From: Lama glama
Lineage: Eukaryota
Length of the DNA: 64,000 nucleotides
Assembly: GCA_028534125.1 (NCBI GenBank)
Contig: CM052837.1
Location: forward strand, 3,286,001-3,350,000
Direction of reading: 5' to 3'
A program made the position numbers and the translations under genes. Shown here piece after piece: positions 47,495 through 59,974 of the stretch. Below the pieces are notes generated by a model. The model had not been told where the DNA came from, did no database searches, and saw only the letters and a program-made list of their open reading frames with translations. Each line of letters begins with the position of its first letter. The first letter of the stretch is position 1.

Positions 47495-48204
47495 GTGAGG
47501 GCAGCATCCAGGCCGGGGCCAGCACCCCTAGAGCCGGCCAGCACCCCTAGACGGGCCAGCCTGGGGGCGAGCGAGGGAAGCTTGGGAATCCCTGGCTCTG
47601 CCCTCGAGGAAGTCGGCCAGGCAGGGACCGCACCCCGTCGGGGGACAAGCTGGAGGTGTGCAGGGTCAGGCCTGGGGTCAGGAGGACTGGACGTTGGGGT
47701 GGAGCCTGAGGGCTGGAGGTGGGGTGAGGGGCGGAGCCTGTGAGGCGGACCCGGGGAGGGAGGTGGGGGTGAAAGGTGCTGCCACCTTGCACCTCGCCTG
47801 CTGTGGGCCCCACCTGGAGCCCAGGTGCTCCTGAGCAGTTGCTGCCTTCCGGGCTGACTCCTGGCCCTCTCTGGCTCTTCCAGCTAAGTCAGCCAGGAGG
47901 CCAGATTTAGAAGGTGGGCCTATTGATCACCTGTGTTCACAGGTCATCCTCCCAATCAGGAGGGGTGGCGAAGTCCAGGCCACTGAGGGCCCCTGGAGCA
48001 GTAGGGTGCACGGTGTCAGTGACAGCTCCACCGTCACTTGCTTAACAGTATTTCCAGAGCAACTGGGAGGGGCTGAGCGGGGTCAGGGCCATGCTCTAGC
48101 TGGACAGATAGATGGCACAGTCAGTGGACAGTCCGCATCGACCAGCTCAACAGCCCTGTGCTCGACAGACTTCAGGTAGCTGATGTCGCCAGAGCAGGTC
48201 CTAG

Positions 48205-48423
48205 AGACGGCAAGCAGGGTGTGTGAAGGACCAGGTAGTAAACACTTTTGGCTTTGTAGGCCAGATGGTGTTTGTCACAACTGCTCAGCTGTGCTGCCCC
48301 AGTCCAGAAGCAGCCCTGGACAGCAGACGGACAGACAGGCCTGGCTGTGTGCCAATAAAACTTTATTTACAAACATGGGTGGTGGGCCAGCGGTGGCCCA
48401 CGGGCCTGGTCTGCTGCCTCCTG
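48205..48423 (+). mobile_element. MER58A-like hAT fossil
   Basis: tgtgaaggaccaggtagtaaacacttttggctttgtaggcca...ggctgtgtgccaataaaactttatttacaaa. Confidence 0.8.
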
Positions 48424-48444
48424 CTATAATGGGCCAGGTGTGGC

Positions 48445-49300
48445 TTTAGATTGGGTGGTCAGGGGAGACCTCCCTGCTGAGAAAGGGATGTTTCAGACAA
48501 GGTCTGGGTGATGGGAAGGGGCTGGCCTCACAAAGAACAGAAAGGGCAGAAGTGGCCAGCATGGAGCCCCTGAGAATAGGGAGGAACTTGAACTTGGCCT
48601 GTGCAAGAAACAGACACAGAAGGTCAACGAGGGGAAGAAGGCGGAGGCTAGTGTGGGGCCAGATGGGCAGGGCCGGGTGGGCCTCTTGTGAAGAGTTTGG
48701 GCGCTGTATGCAGTGATGAGAGGGCCGGGGCTTGGGCAGAGGGATGCTATGATCCCATTTGCACTTGCAGCTGCTCTGGCGCTGGGTGGAGAAAGGACTG
48801 AGGGGCAGGGGTGGCCTGGGGACCAGGGATGGGGCTCTCGTGGTCATTCAGGCCAGAGGCAGCAGGGCTGGGCCCAGGCAGCCACAGAGGCGCTGGTGAG
48901 GACCTGGCAGACGATGGCTGATCCCATTTGCACTTGCAGCTGCTCTGGCGCTGGGTGGAGAAAGGACTGAGGGGCAGGGGTGGCCTGGGGACCAGGGATG
49001 GGGCTCTCGTGGTCATTCAGGCCAGAGGCAGCAGGTCTGGGCCCAGGCAGCCACAGAGGCGCTGGTGAGGACCTGGCAGACGATGGCTGTTGACTTCACA
49101 GGCCTGGAAGGTGGGTTAGAGATTGGGGCAGAGTGGGAGACGACCAGGAGACATGGCGGCCGCAGTGCTGGGTGTGAGCGGCCTCGGCAGAGCTCTGTTT
49201 GGAAGTGGCTGCCGGCCGAGCCAGGGCTTGGGGACTGTGTGGAGTCACAGACACGTGGTGACATTCAGAGCCATGGGATTTAGCAGCGAAGGTCACCGAG
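48445..49300 (-). mobile_element. LINE-2 fragment (antisense) carrying an internal 169-bp duplication
   Basis: gggtggtcaggggagacctccctgctgag...gatcccatttgcactt...ctgctctggcgctgggtggagaaaggact. Confidence 0.6.
48750..49089. repeat. 169-bp direct tandem duplication (2 copies, 1 mismatch)
   Basis: 48750-48918 equals 48919-49087 except G48867/T49036. Confidence 0.95.
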
Positions 49301-49613
49301 GGGGAAGGACATGCCGAGAAGCCCTCTGCCCCCAGTCTCGGCTAACGCCAGCTGACCTGGAGGACAAGGTTTTAGAAAGTGCACCTGGAACCTGTGTAGG
49401 TTTCTTTCCGTCGTTTTCCCGAGTGGTCTGAGGGCGTCCCCTTCTCCCCGAGTGAGTCCTTGAGAAGAAGCCAGGGCATCACTTTCTCCACCAGCTGATA
49501 AGACGCCCCGGGGTCGGGAGCGCACAGCGCGGGCGGGGCGTGGGCTGCGGCAGCGTGGGGGTGTCCCTCCTGGCCTTCCCCGCCCCGACCCGCTCGCCGC
49601 CCCTTCCCCCCAG

Positions 49614-49783
49614 AGCTGCACAGCAAACTGCAGTCCGCGGAGGCGGAGGTGAGGAGCCAGTGCGAGGAGCTGCGCGGCCTGCACGGGCAGCTCGACGAGG
49701 CCAAGGCCGAGAACGTGCAGCTCGCGGAGAGGATCTGCTCCATCGAGGCTCTGCTGGAGGCCGGCCAGGCCCAGGATGCCCAG
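49614..49783 (+). CDS. RRBP1: RRBP1 exon 10 (LHSKLQSAEAEVRSQCEEL...AGQAQDAQ)
   Basis: AG/GT, 170 bp, phase 1 to 0. Confidence 0.94.
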
Positions 49784-49910
49784 GTCTGCCGTCGGGAGGG
49801 GAGGGAGAGCGCCTTAGGGTCCCCCTCGCTGTGCAGGGGCTCTGCCCTGACGACCTGCTGCGCCAGGTGCGTCTCGTGGTGACCATGGGGCTCTCTGTCT
49901 CTTGTTCCAG

Positions 49911-49945
49911 GCCAGCCGAGCGGAAGCCGACCAGCAGCAGGCCCG
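49911..49945 (+). CDS. RRBP1: RRBP1 exon 11, 35-bp mini-exon (ASRAEADQQQAR)
   Basis: Long pyrimidine tract plus CAG acceptor; donor CG|GTAAGA; required for phase continuity. Confidence 0.93.
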
Positions 49946-52295
49946 GTAAGAGGAGGCAGGACTGCAGCCTGGGCACGGGCCTGGGACCCCTGGGAGCAGG
50001 CCCTGCCTTTCCCCGTCCCTCCAGTCACCTCGAGGACCAGGGCAGGCTGGGCAGGAAAGAAGCCTTGCAAAGAGCTCCCTGCCTCTGAGGAGCTTGGCTG
50101 CCTGAGGAATGGCTGGTGTCTTGGCGGCAGGGGGCAGGCCCCCTGCTGCCTGTCCATCCATCCGTCCATCCTTATCTCCACGGGAAGGACTGGCGGTCAG
50201 GGAGTTCTCTCTAGGTCTACAAGGCGACGGACTTTAGGGACTGAGGTCATAATTCAAACGGGAAAGTGGCTGCACACCCAGGATGGAGAAGCTGGGAGGT
50301 TACGCGGGCTCTTTGCACAGATTGGGATGTGATGCCGTTCAGAGCCGATCAGTTTGCAGGGGTGGCGGGAGGTGACTTCAGCGGCCCAGCCCCAGGCTTG
50401 GTGGTTGCTTGGACTGCATTTGCCGCTGCTGAGACGGAGCCCACAGCTGGGTAGGGCGCCTCAGGGCGCCTCAGGCTTGGGTGCTAGAGTCCTGGGCACC
50501 GTCACCTCCAGCGTGTGTGTCCCTCAGCAGATGCCCACAGGCTTGGGGTGGTCCTGGCTGCCGTGGCCAGGGGTCCATGGGGCAGCCACATGAGGTGAGG
50601 TGTGCAGGTGGTCGGTCGTGTCCTGGGCCGTCCACTGACGGGGTTCCCTTGTTCTGGCTGCTGCCACCAGTGAGTCACCTCCCGGGTGCCTCCCCAGGCC
50701 ACGGCCCATGATCTCTGGCCTCAGGCTCAGGTTTGGGGGCTGGGGAAGGAAATCAGATTCTCAGAGGCCCCAGAGTGCCTTGCAGGAGACTCGAAAGCAA
50801 ACCCTCTCCATATGCCTTTCCAGAAAGCTTGGGAAAACTTTGTTTCTCGGGTTATTTGTGGGGGTAGAAGGCTGTGTTTGTTTAGGTTTTTCCTCTTGTG
50901 TTTTAAGATCAGATTCTTGGACCACACAGCTGATTACTAGGTACTTAAGTCATGTGCAGATCAGGCTGATTCTAGTTTTTTTGTATCATACAGATGTCTT
51001 TGGCAGAAATTAGGGGTTTTAAAAATTTCCTCCTCAGACTGTTTATCTGAAAGTTGCGTCTAGGCCAGACTGGCTTGTTGTAGGCTGGAGATGAGTAATC
51101 TGGCCCCAGACGTTCTGGAACTTGGGCAGTGGCCACCAAGGGGGTGATGGTCAACCAATGGGGGCAGTGTCCTTGCCACTGGCCTGCTGTGTCCTCTTCC
51201 TCAGGGCCCTGTGCCTTTGTGGATGCTCCTGCAGGGGTTTGCAGAGGCTGGCGGCTGCACGATGTGGGCAGCTTGAGGGAGAAACTGAGAGGGGTCCCAG
51301 TGGAGCTTCGAGGGTGGGGTCAAGTTCTGTGGCCTGAAACCAACATCCAAGAAGTCAACAACCGTTTGCAAGGCCAGATGCAAGCTGTATTTAGAGTAAA
51401 AGTGAGGTGGTGCTGTGGCGGGTGTCGGGACAGCTCGCACAGCCCATGCTGGAGTTGTTTGGTCATAATGGCTTCTGGACTTCAGATTTCATGTGTCCCT
51501 GGGGATTGCCCTGTTCTAAATCTTAACACAGAAGGTGACATATTAAAGAGTCTGTTTGAAGCCTGTTCCTCAGAACAGCCAGTGCAGTTGTGGTGTCGAT
51601 CTCCCACCTTCTGGATGAGGGGGTGGGCAAAGCCTGCTGGGCCTTGAGTCTGGAGAGAGGTGTGGAAAGGTGGGACCGTGTCTTGCCCGGGGGCCTCCCA
51701 GGCTGATTCCTTGGAGCCCGGGCACAGGCTGAGGGGAAGCCTTTGGGTCTCAGCGGGGTTAGGTTCTGGACAAAGGACAGTCCTGCTGTCCCCAGCGGGG
51801 ACCTGGGGCCTGTCGGGAGCTGCCCAGAGCTGGGTGTACCCAGTGGGTGTGTGGATGACGGTGCCCTGGGGGGCCTCAAGCCACGTGTCCTCCGAGAAGG
51901 CCTTTTGAGGGCAGGTGCGGCCGCAGGGAAGGGCCCGCCCACACATGCTGTGGGCCGAGCAGGACCCGGCAGCTGGGCTCAGTTCACCAGAAGGGAAGGC
52001 ATCCCGAAACACTGACTGGCTGGGACCCATCCCTGCACTGGCTGGGGTGGCTGCTCTGGCTCTGCTGTCCCCACAGCCTGGTGGTCCCTGAGGCCTGTGC
52101 CCTCAGAGGAGGGGCCGGGGTGGCTGCTTGGTCTCCCCTGAGACTCGTGTCCTGCGAGGGGGTTGGGAAGGTGACTGAGTGGCTTGGCCTCATGGGTGCT
52201 TCTGGGTGCCTGGGCAGAGGAAGGGCCTCCAAAATAGCACCTGTGGGGACCACAGGCCCTCGGAGCCCAGTGGTGATGCCACTGTCTCCTGTCAG

Positions 52296-52386
52296 CCTCA
52301 TGGAGCTGGAGTCCCAGCTGTGGTGTCTGGAGAAGGAGGCCACCGAGCTCAAGGAGGCGGTCGAGCAGCAGAAAGTGAAGAACAAC
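52296..52386 (+). CDS. RRBP1: RRBP1 exon 12 (LMELESQLWCLEKEATELKEAVEQQKVKNN)
   Basis: AG/GT, 91 bp, phase 2 to 0. Confidence 0.95.
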
Positions 52387-52882
52387 GTGAGTGTCAGGGC
52401 CTCCTGTATATGTGGGAACAGGGAAGGGGCTCCTGTGGGGATGACGAGCACTGTCCTCCTTGAGTCCTGACTCCCCCTGGGTCAGCTGATCCCGTGGTCA
52501 CCTGGCATCAGGAGAAGGGGGGTGGTGTTGGAGACCCCTCCTCTCCAGAGGGTGCCCAGGAGTTGGCTCCATCCTTTCCCTGGGCTGCCTGCCTGGGCTT
52601 GCCGGCTGCCCCTCGACTCTTCTCTGGAAGCCCCCACCTGTGTGTGGCTGGACCAGAGCCCAGAGGGGCCAGAGCTGGCCGTTAGGACCCTCATCTCTCT
52701 GAGGAGCCGGGTGACCCTCCCCCTCCTCCTCCAGACAAATCTCCCTGAAAGGTGCCAGGGCCCCCTGGGGAGGCTGAGTGGATGTGGCCTGTGGGGTCCA
52801 GACCTGGGTTGGAGAGGGCTTTCCAGGCTGCTGAGACTGGTCGGCCCTGTCTGGCTGCTGATCTTCTCCTCATCTCCCCCAG

Positions 52883-52975
52883 GACCTCCGCGAGAAGAAC
52901 TGGAAGGCAATGGAGGCTCTGGCCTCGGCTGAAAGGGTCTGTGAGGAGAAGCTGCGCTCCCTGACCCAGGCCAAG
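52883..52975 (+). CDS. RRBP1: RRBP1 exon 13 (DLREKNWKAMEALASAERVCEEKLRSLTQAK)
   Basis: AG/GT, 93 bp; contains the kinectin/RRBP1 LREKNWKAMEAL motif. Confidence 0.96.
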
Positions 52976-54626
52976 GTCAGCACCCGCCTGGAGCCTCGGA
53001 GATCCCCACCAGGGCCAGGGCTCCCACGTCCTCCTGTGTCCTCCGCCCCCTCCCTCCCCCATCCCAGTTCTTAAGGGGAAGGGGAACAGTGAGCCCTTGT
53101 CTGCTTTTTACCAGCTGGGCCCGAGCCCACTGCGGCGCTGCCTTCAGTGGGCTCTGGTTGGTCCGTCTGCCTGGACTGTCTTCATGTTAGTTTTCTCCCC
53201 TGATATTTCGTCTGAACGGTGTGCTGCTTTCTCAGGCCCAGGAGGTTTTCTGATTGAGCCTTAGGGGAAGGACAGCCTTGAGCAGCAAGCACTTAGGCTC
53301 AGGTCGGGGGTGTCTGGGGCCCCCACGAAGCCTCTGGGGCCCCGGCCGGAACGTGGGCAGCAGTGGCAGCAGGCAGGACCTCGCAGCCCCTTTCACCACA
53401 CGTTTCCATCCTGATGAAAGGTGCCGGGGGCCAGCCCTGCCCTGTCCTGCCCCCGCCCTGCCCCCCCCCCCAGTGCAGGGGGATGTCTGTCCTGTTACCG
53501 TGAGCTTTGCAGGGATTTTCACTAGCCTCCCAGGAAGCCTGGGGTTGTGTCAGATGAGTTCCCCAGAGAGGCAGAGGGGGTGCTGGCCTTGGGTCTGCAG
53601 TGGAGCTGTACTTAGACTCCCCAGAAGCGACCTGGGCACCCGCCTGGCCTTTCCATGGCATATGCAGAAGCTATGACCAGAGGTGTCACCTGACATGCTC
53701 GCGGTCACTCAGCCAGATAAAGACAGGAGCTGGCCTCTGCTCGTCTAGCTCTTGCCTCGGACTCTCGGGATGGGGCGCCTGAGTGGTGATCACAAGGTCA
53801 GCGGCCCACGACAGGCCATAGGCATCGTCTGTGGGTCGCTGGGCATCAGCTCGAGACTTGAGCCAGATAACATGGGTGCTGAGGTCAGGCTGGGCGTCCG
53901 TTTGTCAGCCGTCCCCCATAGGCACATTCCAGAGCATGGCTCCTGGCTCTGACCCAGTCGGAGTTCCTAGTGCCCCCCTGGGGTCTCGGGCTGTGAGGGG
54001 CCGCGGCAGGTTCAGCCTGCTGGGGACAGGTTATCAGATAGGACTTCAGCCAGGAATCTCCTGCAGCCACCGCCTAGGGTGTAGGGAGAGGGTTATCTGT
54101 TCCCAGGGACGCTGCTGTCCTCGGCTTTGCCTTCTAGCCCCTTCCCTCCTCCTTCGGCTCCTCCTCGCTTTGAATGGGAGCAGCACAGAGGACGGATGGG
54201 GCTCTGGCTGGCGTGGCTGCAGCACGTGGCACTGGACAGGCCACCCCACGAAGATCACGGCCTCTGTGGGAGCACAGGTCCTCCCTCCCCAGGGTTGCAG
54301 AAGCTCCTGACTCGTGGCCGCTGGGAGACGCACCTCTTCTCTGCCCGCCTCCATGTGCACACACTTGGCACCCGCACCCGGCATGAGGGCCAGCCCTCCA
54401 TCCTCTTCCTTAGAGCTCAGTCTGTTTAAAGTTGACCCGGCCTGGGCTGGGCTGGCCAGAACTTGGCTGCTGAGATTACCACCTCCGCCCACCCGCCCAG
54501 TGGCTACATGGAGCCATCACTGGTCTCCAATTCTTGACGCTCTGCTGAAGAGCTGAGGATGGCTTTCTGAGATAAGCACCCCTGGAGTTGCCCTAAGCTC
54601 CATGCTGACCCCCACCCTTCCTCCAG

Positions 54627-54719
54627 GAGGAGTCGGAGAAGCAGCTCAGCCTGACCGAGGCCCAGACCAAGGAGGCCCTGCTGGCCCTGCTCCCGGCGCT
54701 TTCCGACTCGGCCCACCAG
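54627..54719 (+). CDS. RRBP1: RRBP1 exon 14 (EESEKQLSLTEAQTKEALLALLPALSDSAHQ)
   Basis: AG/GT, 93 bp. Confidence 0.95.
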
Positions 54720-54803
54720 GTAGGAGGGGAGGCAGCTCCCGGGGGCCCCATTTGCACTGCACATGGGGAACGTCCGGGCCCAACCCGAAACATTTCTGTG
54801 CAG

Positions 54804-54884
54804 AATTATTCCGAATGGCTGCAGGAGCTCAAAGAGAAAGGCCCTGAGCTGCTGAAACCGCCGCCAGCGAACCCAGAGCCCTTG
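54804..54884 (+). CDS. RRBP1: RRBP1 exon 15 (NYSEWLQELKEKGPELLKPPPANPEPL)
   Basis: AG/GTGAGT, 81 bp. Confidence 0.94.
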
Positions 54885-55012
54885 GTGAGTGCGGGGCCAC
54901 AGGCGCCCTCCCTGGTCCCCGGGACGGAGGGTACCTGGAGCCAGTCAGCCAGCAGCCGGGAGAATCCCTTGGGTTTGGCTCACCAGCTCCCTGTTCTGCC
55001 CTCTGCCCTTAG

Positions 55013-55102
55013 GACCTGGCCTCCAAGCTCAGGGAGGCGGAGGAGACGCAGAGCAGCCTGCAGGCCGAGTGTGACCAGTACCGCACCATCCTGGCCGAGA
55101 CG
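55013..55102 (+). CDS. RRBP1: RRBP1 exon 16 (DLASKLREAEETQSSLQAECDQYRTILAET)
   Basis: AG/GT, 90 bp. Confidence 0.96.
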
Positions 55103-55638
55103 GTGAGGCGGGCGGGGACGCAGGGCTCCCCGGGGCTGAAGGCGGGAGGCCAGTGGGGAGAGGCCGTGGGCTGGAACGCTGTCTCTCTGCCCCTCTCTGG
55201 GCCCCTCTCTTTGGCTGAGTCGTAAAAGGGGTGAGTCAGGTGCTCAGGTTAGAGGTCGGGGTAGTGGACAGCCTCGGTGGCAGCAGTCTGGGGAAGGGAG
55301 AGGTGAGCGTGTGGCCGACACCAGCTCAAAGCCACTTTCCTGTGGCTCCGAGAGCCATGCTCGGTCCAGCCCTCCAGCTCTGACCACCCCGTCCTGTGCG
55401 CCTTTCCTGGGACCTCGAGGCCAGTGCTGGTGGCAAACCCATCAGAGATGAGAGTCCTCGTGGCCTTCTTTGCACACTAGCCAGTGGGCCCTGCTGCAGG
55501 ACTGCCCACCCTCCTCCCTGGATTGGGATCTGGGCGGAGCCGCATTGCAGCCAGGTGGTCCCCGGTGGGAGCCTTGGGGGCAGGAGGGTACAGTGTAGGG
55601 GACCCTGGAAGGCCCCGCTCAGTGCCCACGTCCCGCAG

Positions 55639-55731
55639 GAGGGCATGCTCAAGGACCTGCAGAAGAGCGTGGAGGAGGAGGAGCAGGTGTGGAAGGCCCG
55701 GGTGAGCGCCACGGAGGAGGAGCTCCAGAAG
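55639..55731 (+). CDS. RRBP1: RRBP1 exon 17 (EGMLKDLQKSVEEEEQVWKARVSATEEELQK)
   Basis: AG/GT, 93 bp. Confidence 0.96.
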
Positions 55732-56090
55732 GTACTGCCGGCCCCTGCGTCCCCCAGGGCCCACCTTCCCTGGGAATCCAAACTTAACTCACTCTAGTCA
55801 GGCGGCTGGGTTGGAATTCCATCAAATCCACAGGAACACTGATGGGATTATCTGGGTGACTTGGGGATCATGTCTGCTGGGTTTTGGTAACATCACACGA
55901 AGTGTGACTGCAGAATGCCAGGAGGAGGCTGCTGGTCACACCTGGGGGCTGTGGGCACCCCTGGGCTTCCTGAGAGGGGGGCCTGGGCTGCTCGGCCTCA
56001 GGACAGTCCATTAGGACACATGGTGCCGCGTCTGGGGACAGCCCCGCCCCACCACCGCTTGTCTTTAGTGGCTGTCCCTTTGCTTTGTAG

Positions 56091-56162
56091 TCACGGGTCA
56101 CAGTGAAACATCTTGAAGAGATTGTCGAGAAGCTGAAAGGAGAACTCGAAAGTTCAGATCAG
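56091..56162 (+). CDS. RRBP1: RRBP1 exon 18 (SRVTVKHLEEIVEKLKGELESSDQ)
   Basis: TAG/GT, 72 bp. Confidence 0.95.
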
Positions 56163-56600
56163 GTACATGGGGCTCTGTTCAGAGGGGCTCTCCTGTCCCA
56201 GAGGTCACCCCAGAGGCTCCTTCAGTCATTGTCCCTCGAGGACCACGTATCTTAGAGAAGCTTCTGGATCTCTCAGCCCAGCTTTTTCTTAATGAGCCTT
56301 ACGACCTTGGGGTGGTGGGAGGTGGCAGGCCCAGCCCTGGTGAAGCGGGGCTGCCTGGCGCCCCCATCAGGCCTTGGAGCCGGTCCCCTTCGCCCACCTC
56401 ACAGGGAAACCTGGTGCTGGGGTCGGGGTGCCCGGGCTCACGCCCGCCTGGCCTCTGTTGGCCCAGGAGAGGCGAGGCCTCCTCTCAGCCCTTATCCCAG
56501 GGCCAGCCTGCCTTGTCGGTCTGTCTCCCCGTCCTGTGGCTCTGGCCCGCCTGCTGCGTGGCTGGGGCCTCTGACACTTTGTGTGTGCACGTGTGTCCAG

Positions 56601-56696
56601 GTGAAGGAGCGCACCTCACACCTAGAGGCCGAGCTGGAGAAGCACATGGCGGCCGCCAGCGCCGAGTGCCAGAGCTACGCCCAGGAGGTGGCGGGG
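56601..56696 (+). CDS. RRBP1: RRBP1 exon 19 (VKERTSHLEAELEKHMAAASAECQSYAQEVAG)
   Basis: AG/GTGAGT, 96 bp. Confidence 0.95.
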
Positions 56697-57218
56697 GTGA
56701 GTCTCCCGGCCGCGTCAGGCCGGCCTGGAGGGGCCTCTCCTCAGCAGCCTGCTCAGAGAGCTTGTGCCTTAGGCCTGGAACCACCAGCTGATGAGTGTGT
56801 CACAGGGCAGGTGGCAGAAAGGCCGCCCTGGGGACCGGACAGGGGTGAAGCCAGGTCAGCCTGGCAGCAGGATTCTCTACCTGGTGTGGGGACACCCTCT
56901 CTGGTGTCCACATTTAAACCTGACAGAGTTTCCTGACTTTGGAAGCAGAAGGAGCAAACCAGCTCCCTCCCTTCTGGTTTGATCTAAAACTTTTGGCCTC
57001 ATTTAGCAGAGGATGGTCTGTAAACATTTGCAAGGGCCGGAAATAGTCGTGTACTGCGCTCGGGCCTCCCGGCTCCTCAGAGCAGATGCTCCACCCCCGG
57101 CACCGCCCCACCATGTCCTTGGGCACTGGGGACAAGATGGGGTGCTGAGTTGCTGACTCAAAGGAACTGATTTTCTCTCTCCTTTCCCCCCATCACCGGG
57201 GTCTGTTCTCTGTCCAAG

Positions 57219-57302
57219 TTGAGGCAACTTCTATTAGAATCTCAGTCTCAACTGGACGCAGCCAAGAGTGAAGCCCAGAAACAAAGCAGTGAGCTTGCCC
57301 TG
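57219..57302 (+). CDS. RRBP1: RRBP1 exon 20 (LRQLLLESQSQLDAAKSEAQKQSSELAL)
   Basis: AAG acceptor, GTGAGT donor, 84 bp. Confidence 0.94.
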
Positions 57303-58713
57303 GTGAGTGAACTCGGTGTGGCGGGCGTGTGACGCGGGGTCAGGTGTGTGTGGGGTGCACGTGCCAGCTGTGTGGAGGGGGTCCGCGCTTCAGGGCTGGG
57401 GCCAGGCTGCTGAGCAGGCTCCTTGCCCATTATTTCAATGGTCCAAGTTGGGCCCGAGTCTGCCGGGACCACGGTGCCCACTTCTGCTTCCCAGCCCCTA
57501 GGGCAGCCCAGCCTCTGGTCCGGGAGCTGGGGGTCCCCCCACCCTGTGGCCCTTGGTGGGACTGGGGTCCTTTCTCTCCCAGCAGTGGCTTAGACCCACC
57601 CAGTCCAGTCAAGCCTGCGGGCGGGCAGGTACGGATGTCCCCCAGCTGCGCAGGGGCCTCTGGTTCTCCTGGTTTTCAGCCTTGACATGTGATCCTGGTC
57701 CCCGCTCTTTGACAAGGTCAGCCCAGCCTGACAGGAGAGGGACCTCCCCAGTCCCAGTCCCAGCTCGGGCTGGGCCGCAAGCAGCAGCCTGTGAGGCCAC
57801 GGACACGTGCTGGGTGATCTGCACAGGCTTTTTAAAAACCTTGAATTGGTTAACATGTAGACATTGGGAGATTTTGGATCCGAACTTAAGCGTCTGGTTT
57901 TCTGAGAGGAGACGAAGGTGTGGTGTTTGGGGCTGGCGGTCCCACAGCCGCCTCCGCTGAGCAGGCCCTGCGTTGGGCACACACTCTGGCTGAGTCCGAG
58001 GGCCACTCTCCAAAGCTGTTGTCCACAGTGGGTCCGGGCCCCAGAGCTTCCGGTCGTCGCTGGCCTGTGCAGTTTGGCGATCACTTTCAGGGCCGTTGGC
58101 AGGAGGGAAGGAGGTCGGGGGGCAGGCCCCACACACTTGTGCCAAGGGCCCACCCAGAGCCCTGCCCAGAACCTTTACCCAAGCTTCGTGGGTGACAGTG
58201 CTGCCCCTTCAAATTTGGTCTGGGGGCTCAGGGGCCACCAGCGATGGAGCCCAGGGTTGGGGAACCTTACTAGATGAGAGGCTTCGCCCAGCATCTTCTC
58301 TAGACTCCGGGAGGACCCTGAACAGTGACTGTGTCTAGAAGGGGTGTGGGGCATGGGCCGTGTTGTCCGTGCTGAGCCTGCCGGCCGCCTCTCCTCCCTT
58401 CGGCTTCCTTAGCTCTGTGTGTGCTGCATCCCTCAGGGGTCCCTGGCTCCCTGGGGAGGGCTCCGTGCCGGCTGGCCTTGGAGCAGAGCACCACATGCTC
58501 CCTAGGCCTCAGTTTGGCTCAGGTGAGGGGTTGTGGCACTGGCCCTCCTGCCCCAGTGAACCCGTATGGGAGCCTGACACAGGTCACTGTTATCAACCCA
58601 GGTCCCCCGTGGGGGCTTCAGCTGCTGAGAACGCCTGCGGTCCTCCTGGGGGGCCGTGCGTGAGTGCCGGCATCCAGCTGTGTATTTGCACAACCCACCC
58701 CTCCCTGTTTCAG

Positions 58714-58821
58714 GTCAGGCAGCAGTTGAGTGAGATGAAGAGCCACGTAGAGGATGGTGATGTAGCCGGGTCCCCGGCTGTCCCCCCAGAGGCCCCCCCA
58801 GCAGAGCAGGACCCCGTCGAG
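58714..58821 (+). CDS. RRBP1: RRBP1 exon 21 (VRQQLSEMKSHVEDGDVAGSPAVPPEAPPAEQDPVE)
   Basis: AG/GT, 108 bp. Confidence 0.95.
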
Positions 58822-59512
58822 GTTAGGGTGGTGAGCCCGCCCCCAGATGTCGGTCACTAACCACTCTCGCGGGCCCCTCCGCCCCAGTTGGAGCACAAGG
58901 ACGGCAGCCTCTGTTCTGCTAAGCCCCGGCTACTGGCAGCGTCCACTGCCTGCCTTCCTGCCCCGACCCCGGGTTCTGGAAGCCCCAGAGTAGCAGCCAG
59001 GGCGCGGAGGGGCTGGGGCGCCATCCTAACAGCGTGCTCGGGAGGGACTGGGCTCGGGGGTCCGTCTTCCACTGTGGCCTTTGCTGGGGCAGCACTAGCG
59101 GGGCACTTGCTCTCCAGACCCCTGGTCCAAGTAGCTGCTGCCCAGTGTGCCTGGACAGCGGTGGCCTGGCCACCTCGTGGGAACACTGAGTGGGGCCCGG
59201 CACGCGGGGCTGAGGGGTGTCTGTCCCATGGGTCCCATCAGAGGCGCCCGAGTTTAGTAGGGGTCCCACCAGCGTCCTTCTCACCCACACCAGCCCTGTA
59301 CCGGGAGCTGGGGCACTACCTCCCCCAGCGGGGAGCTTTGGAGATGACCCAGTGGTCTGGCTGTGGGCACTCCCACCGCCAGACAGAGGCAGGGAAGAGC
59401 TGGGGGAGCCCGGGGAGCGGCTGGAAGGTGAGGTTCCGGTCTCAGCCTGACCCGGAGCCCTGGGCGCCCACGAGCGTCCTGCAGCAGGTTCCGATAGTGT
59501 GTTTGCCCACAG

Positions 59513-59596
59513 CTGAAAACGCAGCTGGAGCGGACAGAAGCCCTCCTGGAGGACGAGCAGGCACGACGGCAGAAGCTCACAGCTGAGTTTGAGGAG
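59513..59596 (+). CDS. RRBP1: RRBP1 exon 22 (LKTQLERTEALLEDEQARRQKLTAEFEE)
   Basis: AG/GT, 84 bp. Confidence 0.95.
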
Positions 59597-59875
59597 GTCA
59601 GGCCCTGCCCGTGTCCTATCGAGTGTCGGGCCTTCTGTGGGTCAGGATGCCAGGGGCGTGGGGCGGCCCAGGCAGGAGGATGAGGGTCTGGAGCCACCGA
59701 GGGCATCTGCGCCATCGGTCACCTGCCTCCTGTGTGCCTGGGTCCGGTCCAGGCCGCTCGTCCCGGCCGTTGGCTCGAGCCGTTGTCCCATCGTGCTGGG
59801 TGCCCTCCCGTCCCCAGTAGGCTTGTCAGGGTCGTGAGGCAAATCGCCCTGACCCGCCGCCCTCTCTCCACCAAG

Positions 59876-59974
59876 GCTCAGAACTCGGCATGTCGGCTGC
59901 AGGGGGAGCTGGAGAAGCTCCGCGACACCAGCCCCCTCGGGTCCTCTGAAGCAGAGGAGGCTGCGCAGCTGAAG
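59876..59974 (+). CDS. RRBP1: RRBP1 exon 23 (AQNSACRLQGELEKLRDTSPLGSSEAEEAAQLK)
   Basis: AAG acceptor, GT donor, 99 bp. Confidence 0.94.

Noticed and set aside
56788-56825. Second CTGATGA...GAAA with an intervening hairpin (and a similar one at ~45325)
   Set aside because: No valid NUH triplet with stems I and III in register.
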